From Eledone cirrhosa (Eukaryota): a DNA stretch of 64,000 bases. Both the position numbers and the translations under genes were made by a program. Positions 1-11,929 of this stretch are shown one piece after another. Where the stretch lies: contig OZ024744.1 in NCBI GenBank assembly GCA_964016885.1, forward strand, positions 31,372,001 to 31,436,000. Reading direction: 5' to 3'. Positions within the stretch are counted from its first letter, which is position 1, and every line of letters begins with the position of its first letter. The notes below the pieces were generated by a model that worked only from the letters and a program-made list of their open reading frames with translations, did no database searches and had not been told where the DNA came from.

Positions 1-899
1 CCAACTGAGACATTGGTAAACCCAGTACTAACTAATGTCCTATGTCATGGCCAACTGAGACATTGGTAAACTCAGTACTATCTAATGTCCTATGTCATGG
101 CACACTGAGACGTTGGTAAACCCAGTACTAATTAATGTCCTCTCTCATGGCCAACTGAGACGTTGGTAAACCCAGTACTAACTAATGTCCTCTTTCATAG
201 CCAACTGAGACGTAGGTAAACCCAGTACTAACTAATGTCCTCTGTCATGGCCAACTGAGACGTTGGTAAACCCAGTACTAACTAATGTCCTATGTCATGG
301 CCAACTGAGACGTTGGTAAACCCAGTACTAACTAATGTCCTATGTCATGGCCAATTGAGTCATTGGTAAACCCAGTACTATCTAATTTCCTATGTCATGA
401 CCAACTGAGACGTTGGTAAACCCAGTACTAACTAATGTCCTCTGTCATGGCCAACTGAGACATTCGTAAACCCAGTACTAACTAATGTCCTCTGTTATGG
501 CCAACTGAGAGATTGGTAAACCCAGTACTAACTAATGTCCTATGTCATGACCAACTGAGACATTGGTAAACCCAGTACTAACTAATGTCCTATGTCATTG
601 CCAACTGAGACATTGGTAAACCCAGTACTAACTAATGTCGTATGTCATGGCCAACTGAGACATTGGTAAACCCAGTACTAACTAATGTCCTATGTCATCG
701 CCAACTGAGACGTTGGTAAACCCAGTACTAACTAATGTCCTATGTCATGACCAACTGAGACGTTTGTAAACCCAGTACTAACTAATGTCCTCTGTCATGG
801 CCAACTTAGACGTAGGTAAACCCTGTACTAACTAATGTCCTCTGTCATGGCCAACTGAGAGGTAGGTAAACCCAGTACTAACTAATGTCCTATGTCATG

Positions 900-3800
900 G
901 CCAACTGAGACGTTGGTAAACCCAGTATTAACTAATGTCCTATGCCATGACCAACTGAGACATTGGTAAACCCAGTACTAACTAATGTCCTATGTCATGG
1001 CCAACTGAGACGTTGGTAAACCCAGTACTAACTAATGTCTTATGTCATGGCCAACTGAGACATTGGTAAACCCAGTACTAACTAATGTCCTCTGTCATGG
1101 CCAACCGAGACGGTGGTAAACCCAGTACTAACTAATGTCCTCTGTCATGGCCAACGGAGACGTTGGTAAACCCAGTACTAACTAATGTCCTATGTCATGA
1201 CCACCTGAGACATTGGTAAACCCAGTACTAACTAATGTCCTATGTCATGACCAACTGAGACGTTGGTAAACCCAGTACTAACTAACGTCCTATGTCATGG
1301 CCAACTGAGACTTTGGTAAACCCAGTACTAACTAATGTCCTCTGTCATGGCCAACTGTGACGTTGGTAAACACAGTACTAACTAATGTCCTATGTTATGG
1401 CCAACTGAGATGTTGGTAAACCCAGTACTAACTAATGTCCTCTGTCATGGCCAACTGAGACATTGGTAAACCCAGTACAAACTAATGTCCTCTGTCATGG
1501 CCAACTGAGACGTTGGTAAACCCAGTACTAACTAATGTCCTATGTCATGGCCAACTGAGACGTTGGTAAACCCAGAACTAACAAATATCATATATCATGA
1601 CCAACTGAGACGTTGGTAAACCCAGTACTAACTAATGTCCTCTGTCATGGCCAACTGAGACATTCGTAAACCCAGTACTAACTAATGTCCTCTGTCATGG
1701 CCAACTGAGAGATTGGTAAACCCAGTACTAACTAATGTCCTATGTCATGACCAACTGAGACATTGGTAAACCCAGTACTAACTAATGTCCTATGTCATGG
1801 CCAACTGAGACGTTGGTAAACCCAGTACTAACTAATGTCCTCCGTCATGGCCAACTGGGACGTTGGTAAACCCAGTATTAACTAATGTCATATGTCTTGG
1901 CCAACTGAGACGATGGTAAACCCAGTACTAACTAATGTCCTCTGTCATGGCCAACTGAGACATTGGTAAACCCAGTTCTAACTAATGTCCTATGTCATGG
2001 CCATCTGAGACGTTGGTAAACCCAGTACTAATTAATGTCCTCTCTCATGGCCAACTGAGACGTTGGTAAACCCAGTACTAACTAATGTCCTCTGTCATAG
2101 CCAACTGAGACGTAGGTAAACCCAGTACTAACTAATGTCCTCTGTCATGGCCAACTAAGACGTTGGTAAATCCCGTACTAACTAATGTCCTCTCTTATGA
2201 CCAACTGAGACGTTGGTAAACCCAGTACAAACTAATGTCCTCTGTCATGGCCAACTGAGACGTAGGTAAACCCAGTACTAACTAATGTCCTCTGTCATGG
2301 CCAAATGAGACATTGGTAAACCCAGTACTAACTAATGTCGTATGTCATGGCCAACTGAGACATTGGTAAACCCAGTACTAACTAATGTCCTATGTCATGG
2401 CCAACTGAGACGTTGGTAAACCCAGTACTAACTAATGTCTTATGTCATGGCCAACTGAGACATTGGTAAACCCAGTACTAACTAATGTCCTATGTCATGG
2501 CCAACCGAGACGGTGGTGAACCCAGTACTAACTAATGTCCTGTGTCATGGCCAACTGAGATATTGCTAAACCCAGTGTTATCTAATGTCCTATGTCATGA
2601 CCAACTGAGACGTTGGTATACCCAGTACTAACGAATGTCCTCTGTCATGGCCAACTGAGACATTGGTAAACCCAGTATAAACTAATGACCTATGTCATGG
2701 CCAACTGAGACGTTAGTAAACCCAGTACTAACTAATGTCCTATGTCATGACCAACTGAGACATTGGTAAACCCAGTACTAACTAATGTCCTATGTCATGG
2801 CCAACTGAGACGTTGGTAAATCCAGTACTAACTAATATCCTCTCTCATGACCAACTGAGACGTTGGTAAACCAAGTACTAACTAATGTTCTTTGTCATGG
2901 CCAACTGAGACGTAGGTAAACCCAGTACTAACTAATGTCCTCTGTCATGGCCAACTGAGACATTGGTAAACCCAGTACTAACTAATGTCCTATGTCATGA
3001 CCAACTGAGATATTGGTAAACCCAGTACTAACTAATGTCCTTTGCCATGGCCAACTGAGACGTTGGTAAATCCAGTACTAACTAATGCCCTCTCTCATGG
3101 CCAACTGAGACGTTGGTAAACCCAGTATTAACTAATGTCCTATGTCATGGCCAACTGAGACGATGGTAAACCCAGTACTAACTAATGTCCTCTGTCATGG
3201 CCAACTGAGACGTTAGTAAACCCAGTATTAGCTAATGTCCTATGTCATGGCCAACAGACGATGGTAAACCCAGTACTAAATAATGTCCTTTGTCATGGCC
3301 AACTGAGACATTGGTAAACCCAGTTCTAACTAATGTCCTATGTCATGGCCAACTGAGACATTGGTAAACCCAGTACTATCTAATGTCCTATGTCATGGCC
3401 AACTGAGACGTTGGGAAACCCAGTACTAACTAATGTCCTCTGTCATGGCCAACTGAGAGATTGGTAAACCCAGTACTAACTAATGTCCTATGTCATGACC
3501 AACTGAGACATTGGTAAACCTAGTACTAACTAATGTCCTATGTCATGGCCAACTGAGACGTTGGTAAACCCAATACTAACTAATGTCCTCTGTCATAGCT
3601 AACTGAGACGTAGGTAAAGCCAGTACTAACTAATGTCCTATGTCATGGCCAACTGAGACGTTAGTAAACCCAGTATTAACTAATGTCCTATGTCATGACC
3701 AACTGAGACATTGGTAAACCCAGTACTAACTAATGTCCTATGTCATGGCCAACTGAGACGTTGGTAAACCCAGTACTAACTAATGTCTTATGTCATGGCC

Positions 3801-5630
3801 AACTGAGACATTGGTAAACCCAGTACTAACTAATGTCCTCTGTCATGGCCAACCGAGACGGTGGTAAACCCAGTACTAACTAATGTCCTCTGTCATGGCC
3901 AACGGAGACGTTGGTAAACCCAGTACTAACTAATGTCCTATGTCATGACCACCTGAGACATTGGTAAACCCAGTACTAACTAATGTCCTATGTCATGACC
4001 AACTGAGACGTTGGTAAACCCAGTACTAACTAACGTCCTATGTCATGGCCAACTGAGACTTTGGTAAACCCAGTACTAACTAATGTCCTCTGTCATGGCC
4101 AACTGTGACGTTGGTAAACACAGTACTAACTAATGTCCTATGTTATGGCCAACTGAGATGTTGGTAAACCCAGTACTAACTAATGTCCTCTGTCATGGCC
4201 AACTGAGACATTGGTAAACCCAGTACAAACTAATGTCCTCTGTCATGGCCAACTGAGACGTTGGTAAACCCAGTACTAACTAATGTCCTATGTCATGGCC
4301 AACTGAGACGTTGGTAAACCCAGAACTAACAAATATCATATATCATGACCAACTGAGACGTTGGTAAACCCAGTACTAACTAATGTCCTCTGTCATAGCC
4401 AACTGAGACATTCGTAAACCCAGTACTAACTAATGTCCTCTGTCATGGCCAACTGAGAGATTGGTAAACCCAGTACTAACTAATGTCCTATGTCATGACC
4501 AACTGAGACATTGGTAAACCCAGTACTAACTAATGTCCTATGTCATGGCCAACTGAGACGTTGGTAAACCCAGTACTAACTAATGTCCTCTGTCATGGCC
4601 AACTGGGACGTTGGTAAACCCAGTATTAACTAATGTCCTATGTCTTGGCCAACTGAGACGATGGTAAACCCAGTACTAACTAATGTCCTCTGTCATGGCC
4701 AACTGAGACATTGGTAAACCCAGTTCTAACTAATGTCCTATGTCATGGCCATCTGAGACGTTGGTAAACCCAGTACTAATTAATGTCCTCTCTCATGGCC
4801 AACTGAGACGTTGTTAAACCCAGTACTAACTAATGTCCTCTGTCATAGCCAACTGAGACGTAGGTAAACCCAGTACTAACTAATGTCCTCTGTCATGGCC
4901 AACTAAGACGTTGGTAAATCCCGTACTAACTAATGTCCTCTCTTATGACCAACTGAGACGTTGGTAAACCCAGTACAAACTAATGTTCTCTGTCATGGCC
5001 AACTGAGACGTAGGTAAACCCAGTACTAACTAATGTCCTCTGTCATGGCCAAATGAGACATTGGTAAACCCAGTACTAACTAATGTCGTATGTCATGGCC
5101 AACTGAGACATTGGTAAACCCAGTACTAACTAATGTCCTATGTCATGGCCAACTGAGACGTTGGTAAACCCAGTACTAACTAATGTCTTATGTCATGGCC
5201 AACTGAGACATTGGTAAACCCAGTACTAACTAATGTCCTATGTCATGGCCAACCGAGACGGTGGTAAACCCAGTACTAACTAATGTCCTGTGTCATGGCC
5301 AACTGAGATATTGCTAAACCCAGTGTTATCTAATGTCCTATGTCATGACCAACTGAGACGTTGGTATACCCAGTACTAACGAATGTCCTCTGTCATGGCC
5401 AACTGAGACATTGGTAAACCCAGTATAAACTAATGACCTATGTCATGGCCAACTGAGACGTTAATAAACCCAGTACTAACTAATGTCCTATGTCATGACC
5501 AACTGAGACATTGGTAAACCCAGTACTAACTAATGTCCTATGTCATGGCCAACTGAGACGTTGGTAAATCCAGTACTAACTAATATCCTCTCTCATGACC
5601 AACTGAGACGTTGGTAAACCAAGTACTAAC
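900..5630. repeat. Higher-order duplication, offset 2748 bp (55 monomers - 2 bp): ~900-2880 repeated at ~3650-5630
   Basis: Marker variants at constant offset: CCAACCGAGACGGTGG 1101/3849; AAATATCATATATC 1583/4331; CCAAGTAC 2871/5619. The 2-bp deletion near 3255 explains the non-multiple of 50. Confidence 0.9.
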
Positions 5631-6699
5631 TAATGTCCTATGTCATGGCCAACTGAGACATTGGTAAACCCAGTACTATCTAATGTCCTATGTCATGGCC
5701 AACTGAGACGTTGGGAAACCCAGTACTAACTAATGTCCTCTGTCATGGCCAACTGAGAGATTGGTAAACCCAGTACTAACTAATGTCCTATGTCATGACC
5801 AACTGAGACATTGGTAAACCTAGTACTAACTAATGTCCTATGTCATGGCCAACTGAGACGTTGGTAAACCCAATACTAACTAATGTCCTCTTTCATAGCC
5901 AACTGAGACGTAGGTAAAGCCAGTACTAACTAATGTCCTATGTCATGGCCAACTGAGACGTTGGTAAACCCAGTATTAACTAATGTCCTATGTCATGACC
6001 AACTGAGACATTGGTAAACCCAGTACTAACTAATGTCCTATGTCATGGCCAACTGAGACGTTGGTAAACCCAGTACTAACTAATGTCTTATGTCATGGCC
6101 AACTGAGACATTGGTAAACCCAGTACTAACTAATGTCCTCTGTCATGGCCAACCGAGACGGTGGTAAACCCAGTACTAACTAATGTCCTCTGTCATGGCC
6201 AACTGAGACATTGGTAAACCCAGTACAAACTAATGTCCTCTGTCATGGCCAACTGAGACGTTGGTAAACCCAGTACTAACTAATGTCCTATGTCATGGCC
6301 AACTGAGACGTTGGTAAACCCAGAACTAACAAATATCATATATCATGACCAACTGAGACGTTGGTAAACCCAGTACTAACTAATGTCCTCTGTCATGGCC
6401 AACTGAGACATTCGTAAACCCAGTACTAACTAATGTCCTCTGTCATGGCCAACTGAGAGATTGGTAAACCCAGTACTAACTAATGTCCTATGTCATGACC
6501 AACTGAGACATTGGTAAACCCAGTACTAACTAATGTCCTATGTCATGGCCAACTGAGTCGTTGGTAAACCCAGTACTAACTAATGTCCTCTGTCATGGCC
6601 AACTGGGACGTTGGTAAACCCAGTATTAACTAATGTCCTATGTCTTGGCCAACTGAGACGATGGTAAACCCAATTCTAACTAATGTCCTATGTCATGGC

Positions 6700-9600
6700 C
6701 AACTGAGACGTTGGTAAACCCAGTACTAACTAATGTCCTCTGTCATAGCCAACTGAGACGTAGGTAAACCCAGTACTAACTAATGTCCTCTGTCATGGCC
6801 AACTAAGACGTTGGTAAATCCCGTACTAACTAATGTCCTCTCTTATGACCAACTGAGACGTTGGTAAACCCAGTACAAACTAATGTTCTCTGTCATGGCC
6901 AACTGAGACGTAGGTAAACCCAGTACTAACTAATGTCCTCTGTCATGGCCAAATGAGACATTGGTAAACCCAGTACTAACTAATGTCGTATGTCATGGCC
7001 AACTGAGACATTGGAAAACCCAGTACTAACTAATGTCCTATGTCATGACCAACTGAGACGTTGGTAAACCCAGTACTAACTAATGTCTTATGTCATGGCC
7101 AACTGAGACATTGGTAAACCCAGTACTAACTAATGTCCTATGTCATGGCCAACCGAGACGGTGGTAAACCCAGTACTAACTAATGTCCTGTGTCATGGCC
7201 AACTGAGATATTGCTAAACCCAGTGTTATCTAATGTCCTATGTCATGACCAACTGAGACGTTGGTATACCCAGTACTAACGAATGTCCTCTGTCATGGCC
7301 AACTGAGACATTGGTAAACCCAGTATAAACTAATGACCTATGTCATGGCCAACTGAGACGTTAGTAAACCCAGTACTAACTAATGTCCTATGTCATGACC
7401 AACTGAGACATTGGTAAACCCAGTACTAACTAATGTCCTATGTCATGGCCAACGGAGACGTTGGTAAATCCAGTACTAACTAATATCCTCTCTCATGACC
7501 AACTGAGACGTTGGTAAACCAAGTACTAACTAATGTTCTTTGTCATGGCCAACTGAGACGTAGGTAAACCCAGTACTAACTAATGTCCTCTGTCATGGCC
7601 AACTGAGACATTGGTAAACCCAGTACTAACTAATGTCCTATGTCATGACCAACTGAGATATTGGTAAACCCAGTACTAACTAATGTCCTAAGCCATGGCC
7701 AACTGAGACGTTGGTAAATCCAGTACTAACTAATGCCCTCTCTCATGGTCAACTGAGACGTTGGTAAACCCAGTATTAACTAATGTCCTATGTCATGGCC
7801 AACTGAGACGATGGTAAACCCAGTACTAACTAATGTCCTCTGTCATGACCAACTGAGACGTTAGTAAACCCAGTATTAGCTAATGTCCTGTGTCATGGCC
7901 AACTGAGACGATGGTAAACCCAGTACTAAATAATGTCCTTTGTCATGGCCAACTGAGACATAGGTAAACCCAGTAATAACTAATGTCCTATGTCATGGCC
8001 AACTGAGACATTGGTAAACCCAGTACTATCTAATGTCCTATGTCATGGCCAACTGAGACGTTGGGAAACCCAGTACTAACTAATGTCCTCTGTCAGGGCC
8101 AACTGAGAGATTGGTAAACCCAGTACTAACTAATGTCCTATGTCATGACCAACTGAGACATTGGTAAAACTAGTACTAACTAATGTCCTATGTCATGGCC
8201 AACTGAGACGTTGGTAAACCCAATACTAACTAATGTCCTCTGTCATAGCCAACTGAGACGTAGGTAAAGCCAGTACTAACTAATGTCCTCTGTCATGGCC
8301 AACTGAAACGTTGGTAAACCCAGTACTAACTAATGTCCTCTGTCATGGCCAACTGAGATATTGCTAAACCCAGTATTATCTAATGTCCTATGTCATGACC
8401 AACTGAGACGTTGGTAAACCCAGTACTAACTAACGTCCTATGTCATGGCCAACTGAGACTTTGGTAAACCCAGTACTAACTAATGTCCTCTGTCATGGCC
8501 AACTGTGACGTTGGTAAACACAGTACTAACTAATGTCCTATGTTATGGCCAACTGAGATGTTGGTAAACCCAGTACTAACTAATGTCCTCTGTCATGGCC
8601 AACTGAGACATTGGTAAACCCAGTACAAACTAATGTCCTCTGTCATGGCCAACTGAGACGTTGGTAAACCCAGTACTAACTAATGTCCTATGTCATGGCC
8701 AACTGAGACGTTGGTAAACCCAGAACTAACAAATATCATATATCATGACCAACTGAGACGTTGGTAAACCCAGTACTAACTAATGTCCTCTGTCATGGCC
8801 AACTGAGAGATTGGTAAACCCAGTACTAACTAATGTCCTATGTCATGACCAACTGAGACATTGGTAAACCCAGTACTAACTAATGTCCTATGTCATGGCC
8901 AACTGAGACGTTGGTAAACCCAGTACTAACTAATGTCCTCTGTCATGGCCAACTGGGACGTTGGTAAACCCAGTATTAACTAATGTCCTATGTCTTGGCC
9001 AACTGAGACGATGGTAAACCCAGTACTAACTAATGTCCTCTGTCATGGCCAACTGAGACATTGGTAAACCCAGTTCTAACTAATGTCCTATGTCATGGCC
9101 ATCTGAGACGTTGGTAAACCCAGTACTAATTAATGTCCTCTCTCATGGCCAACTGAGACGTTGGTAAACCCAGTACTAACTAATGTCCTCTGTCATAGCC
9201 AACTGAGACGTAGGTAAACCCAGTACTAACTAATGTCCTCTGTCATGGCCAACTAAGACGTTGGTAAATCCCGTACTAACTAATGTCCTCTCTTATGACC
9301 AACTGAGACGTTGGTAAACCCAGTACAAACTAATGTTCTCTGTCATGGCCAACTGAGACGTAGGTAAACCCAGTACTAACTAATGTCCTCTGTCATGGCC
9401 AAATGAGACATTGGTAAACCCAGTACTAACTAATGTCGTATGTCATGGCCAACTGAGACATTGGAAAACCCAGTACTAACTAATGTCCTATGTCATGGCC
9501 AACTGAGACGTTGGTAAACCCAGTACTAACTAATGTCTTATGTCATGGCCAACTGAGACATTGGTAAACCCAGTACTAACTAATGTCCTATGTCATGGCC

Positions 9601-11600
9601 AACCGAGACGGTGGTAAACCCAGTACTAACTAATGTCCTGTGTCATGGCCAACTGAGATATTGCTAAACCCAGTGTTATCTAATGTCCTATGTCATGACC
9701 AACTGAGACGTTGGTATACCCAGTACTAACGAATGTCCTCTGTCATGGCCAACTGAGACATTGGTAAACCCAGTATAAACTAATGACCTATGTCATGGCC
9801 AACTGAGACGTTAGTAAACCCAGTACTAACTAATGTCCTATGTCATGACCAACTGAGACATTGGTAAACCCAGTACTAACTAATGTCCTATGTCATGGCC
9901 AACTGAGACGTTGGTAAATCCAGTACTAACTAATATCCTCTCTCATGACCAACTGAGACGTTGGTAAACCAAGTACTAACTAATGTTCTTTGTCATGGCC
10001 AACTGAGACGTAGGTAAACCCAGTACTAACTAATGTCCTCTGTCATGGCCAACTGAGACATTGGTAAACCCAGTACTAACTAATGTCCTATGTCATGACC
10101 AACTGAGATATTGGTAAACCCAGTACTAACTAATGTCCTATGCCATGGCCAACTGAGACGTTGGTAAATCCAGTATTAACTAATGCCCTCTCTCATGGTC
10201 AACTGAGACGTTGGTAAACCCAGTATTAACTAATGTCCTATGTCATGGCCAACTGAGACGATGGTAAACCCAGTACTAACTAATGTCCTCTGTCATGACC
10301 AACTTAGACGTTAGTAAACCCAGTATTAGCTAATGTCCTGTGTCATGGCCAACTGAGACGATGGTAAACCCAGTACTAAATAATGTCCTTTGTCATGGCC
10401 AACTGAGACATAGGTAAACCCAGTAATAACTAATGTCCTATGTCATGGCCAACTGAGACATTGGTAAACCCAGTACTATCTAATGTCCTATGTCATGGCC
10501 AACTGAGACGTTGGGTAACCCAGTACTAACTAATGTCCTCTGTCATGGCCAACTGAGAGATTGGTAAACCCAGTACTAACTAATGTCCTATGTCATGACC
10601 AACTGAGACATTGGTAAAACTAGTACTAACTAATGTCCTATGTCATGGCCAACTGAGACGTTGGTAAACCCAATACTAACTAATGTCCTCTGTCATAGCC
10701 AACTGAGACGTAGGTAAAGCCAGTACTAACTAATGTCCTCTGTCATGGCCAACTGAAACGTTGGTAAACCCAGTACTAACTAATGTCCTCTGTCATGGCC
10801 AACTGAGATATTGCTAAACCCAGTATTATCTAATGTCCTATGTCATGACCAACTGAGACGTTGGTAAACCCAGTACTAACTAACGTCCTATGTCATGGCC
10901 AACTGAGACTTTGTTAAACCCAGTACTAACTAATGTCCTCTGTCATGGCCAACTGTGACGTTGGTAAACACAGTACTAACTAATGTCCTATGTTATGGCC
11001 AACTGAGATGTTGGTAAACCCAGTACTAACTAATGTCCTCTGTCATGGCCAACTGAGACATTGGTAAACCCAGTACAAACTAATGTCCTCTGTCATGGCC
11101 AACTGAGACGTTGGTAAACCCAGTACTAACTAATGTCCTATGTCATGGCCAACTGAGACGTTGGTAAACCCAGAACTAACAAATATCATATATCATGACC
11201 AACTGAGACGTTGGTAAACCCAGTACTAACTAATGTCCTCTGTCATGGCCAACTGAGAGATTGGCAAACCCAGTACTAACTAATGTCCTATGTCATGACC
11301 AACTGAGACATTGGTAAACCCAGTACTAACTAATGTCCTATGTCATGGCCAACTGAGACGTTGGTAAACCCAGTACTAACTAATGTCCTCTGTCATGGCC
11401 AACTGAGACGTTGGTAAACCCAGTATTAACTAATGTCCTATGTCTTGGCCAACTGAGACGATGGTAAACCCAGTACTAACTAATGTCCTCTGTCATGGCC
11501 AACTGAGACATTGGTAAACCCAGCTCTAACTAATGTCCTATGTCATGGCCATCTGAGACGTTGGTAAACCCACTACTAATTAATGTCCTCTTTCATGGCC
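6700..11600. repeat. Tandem higher-order duplication, period 2450 bp (49 monomers)
   Basis: AACTAAGACG 6801/9251; TTGGAAAACC 7011/9461; AACTGAAACG 8301/10751; AAATATCATA 8731/11181. Confidence 0.9.
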
Positions 11601-11929
11601 AACTGAGACGTTGGTAAACCCAGTACTAACTAATGTCCTCTGTCATAGACAACTGAGACGTAGTTAAACCCAGTACTAACTAATGTCCTCTGTCATGGCC
11701 AACTGAGACGTTGGTAAACCCAGTACTAACTAATGTCCTCTGTCATGGCCAACTGAGAGATTGGTAAACCCAGTACTAACTAATGTCCTATGTCATGACC
11801 AACTGAGACATTGGTAAACCCAGTACTAACTAATGTCCTATGTCATGGCCAACTGAGACTTTGGTAAACCCAGTACTAACTAATGTCCTCTGTCATGGCC
11901 AACTGAGACGTTGGTAAACCCAGTATTAA

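Noticed and set aside
17-23. TAAACCC, one permuted unit of the plant-type telomere repeat (TTTAGGG)
   Set aside because: Single 7-mer per monomer, never tandem, and not the full telo-box AAACCCTA; compatible with chance and not evidence for taxon or telomeric location.
27-46. Internal sub-repeats (ACTA-ACTA; ATGTC at 35-39 and 42-46) as evidence for a shorter ancestral unit or 10-bp bending periodicity
   Set aside because: Too short to support a sub-monomer model; the two 25-bp halves do not align and there are no phased A-tracts.
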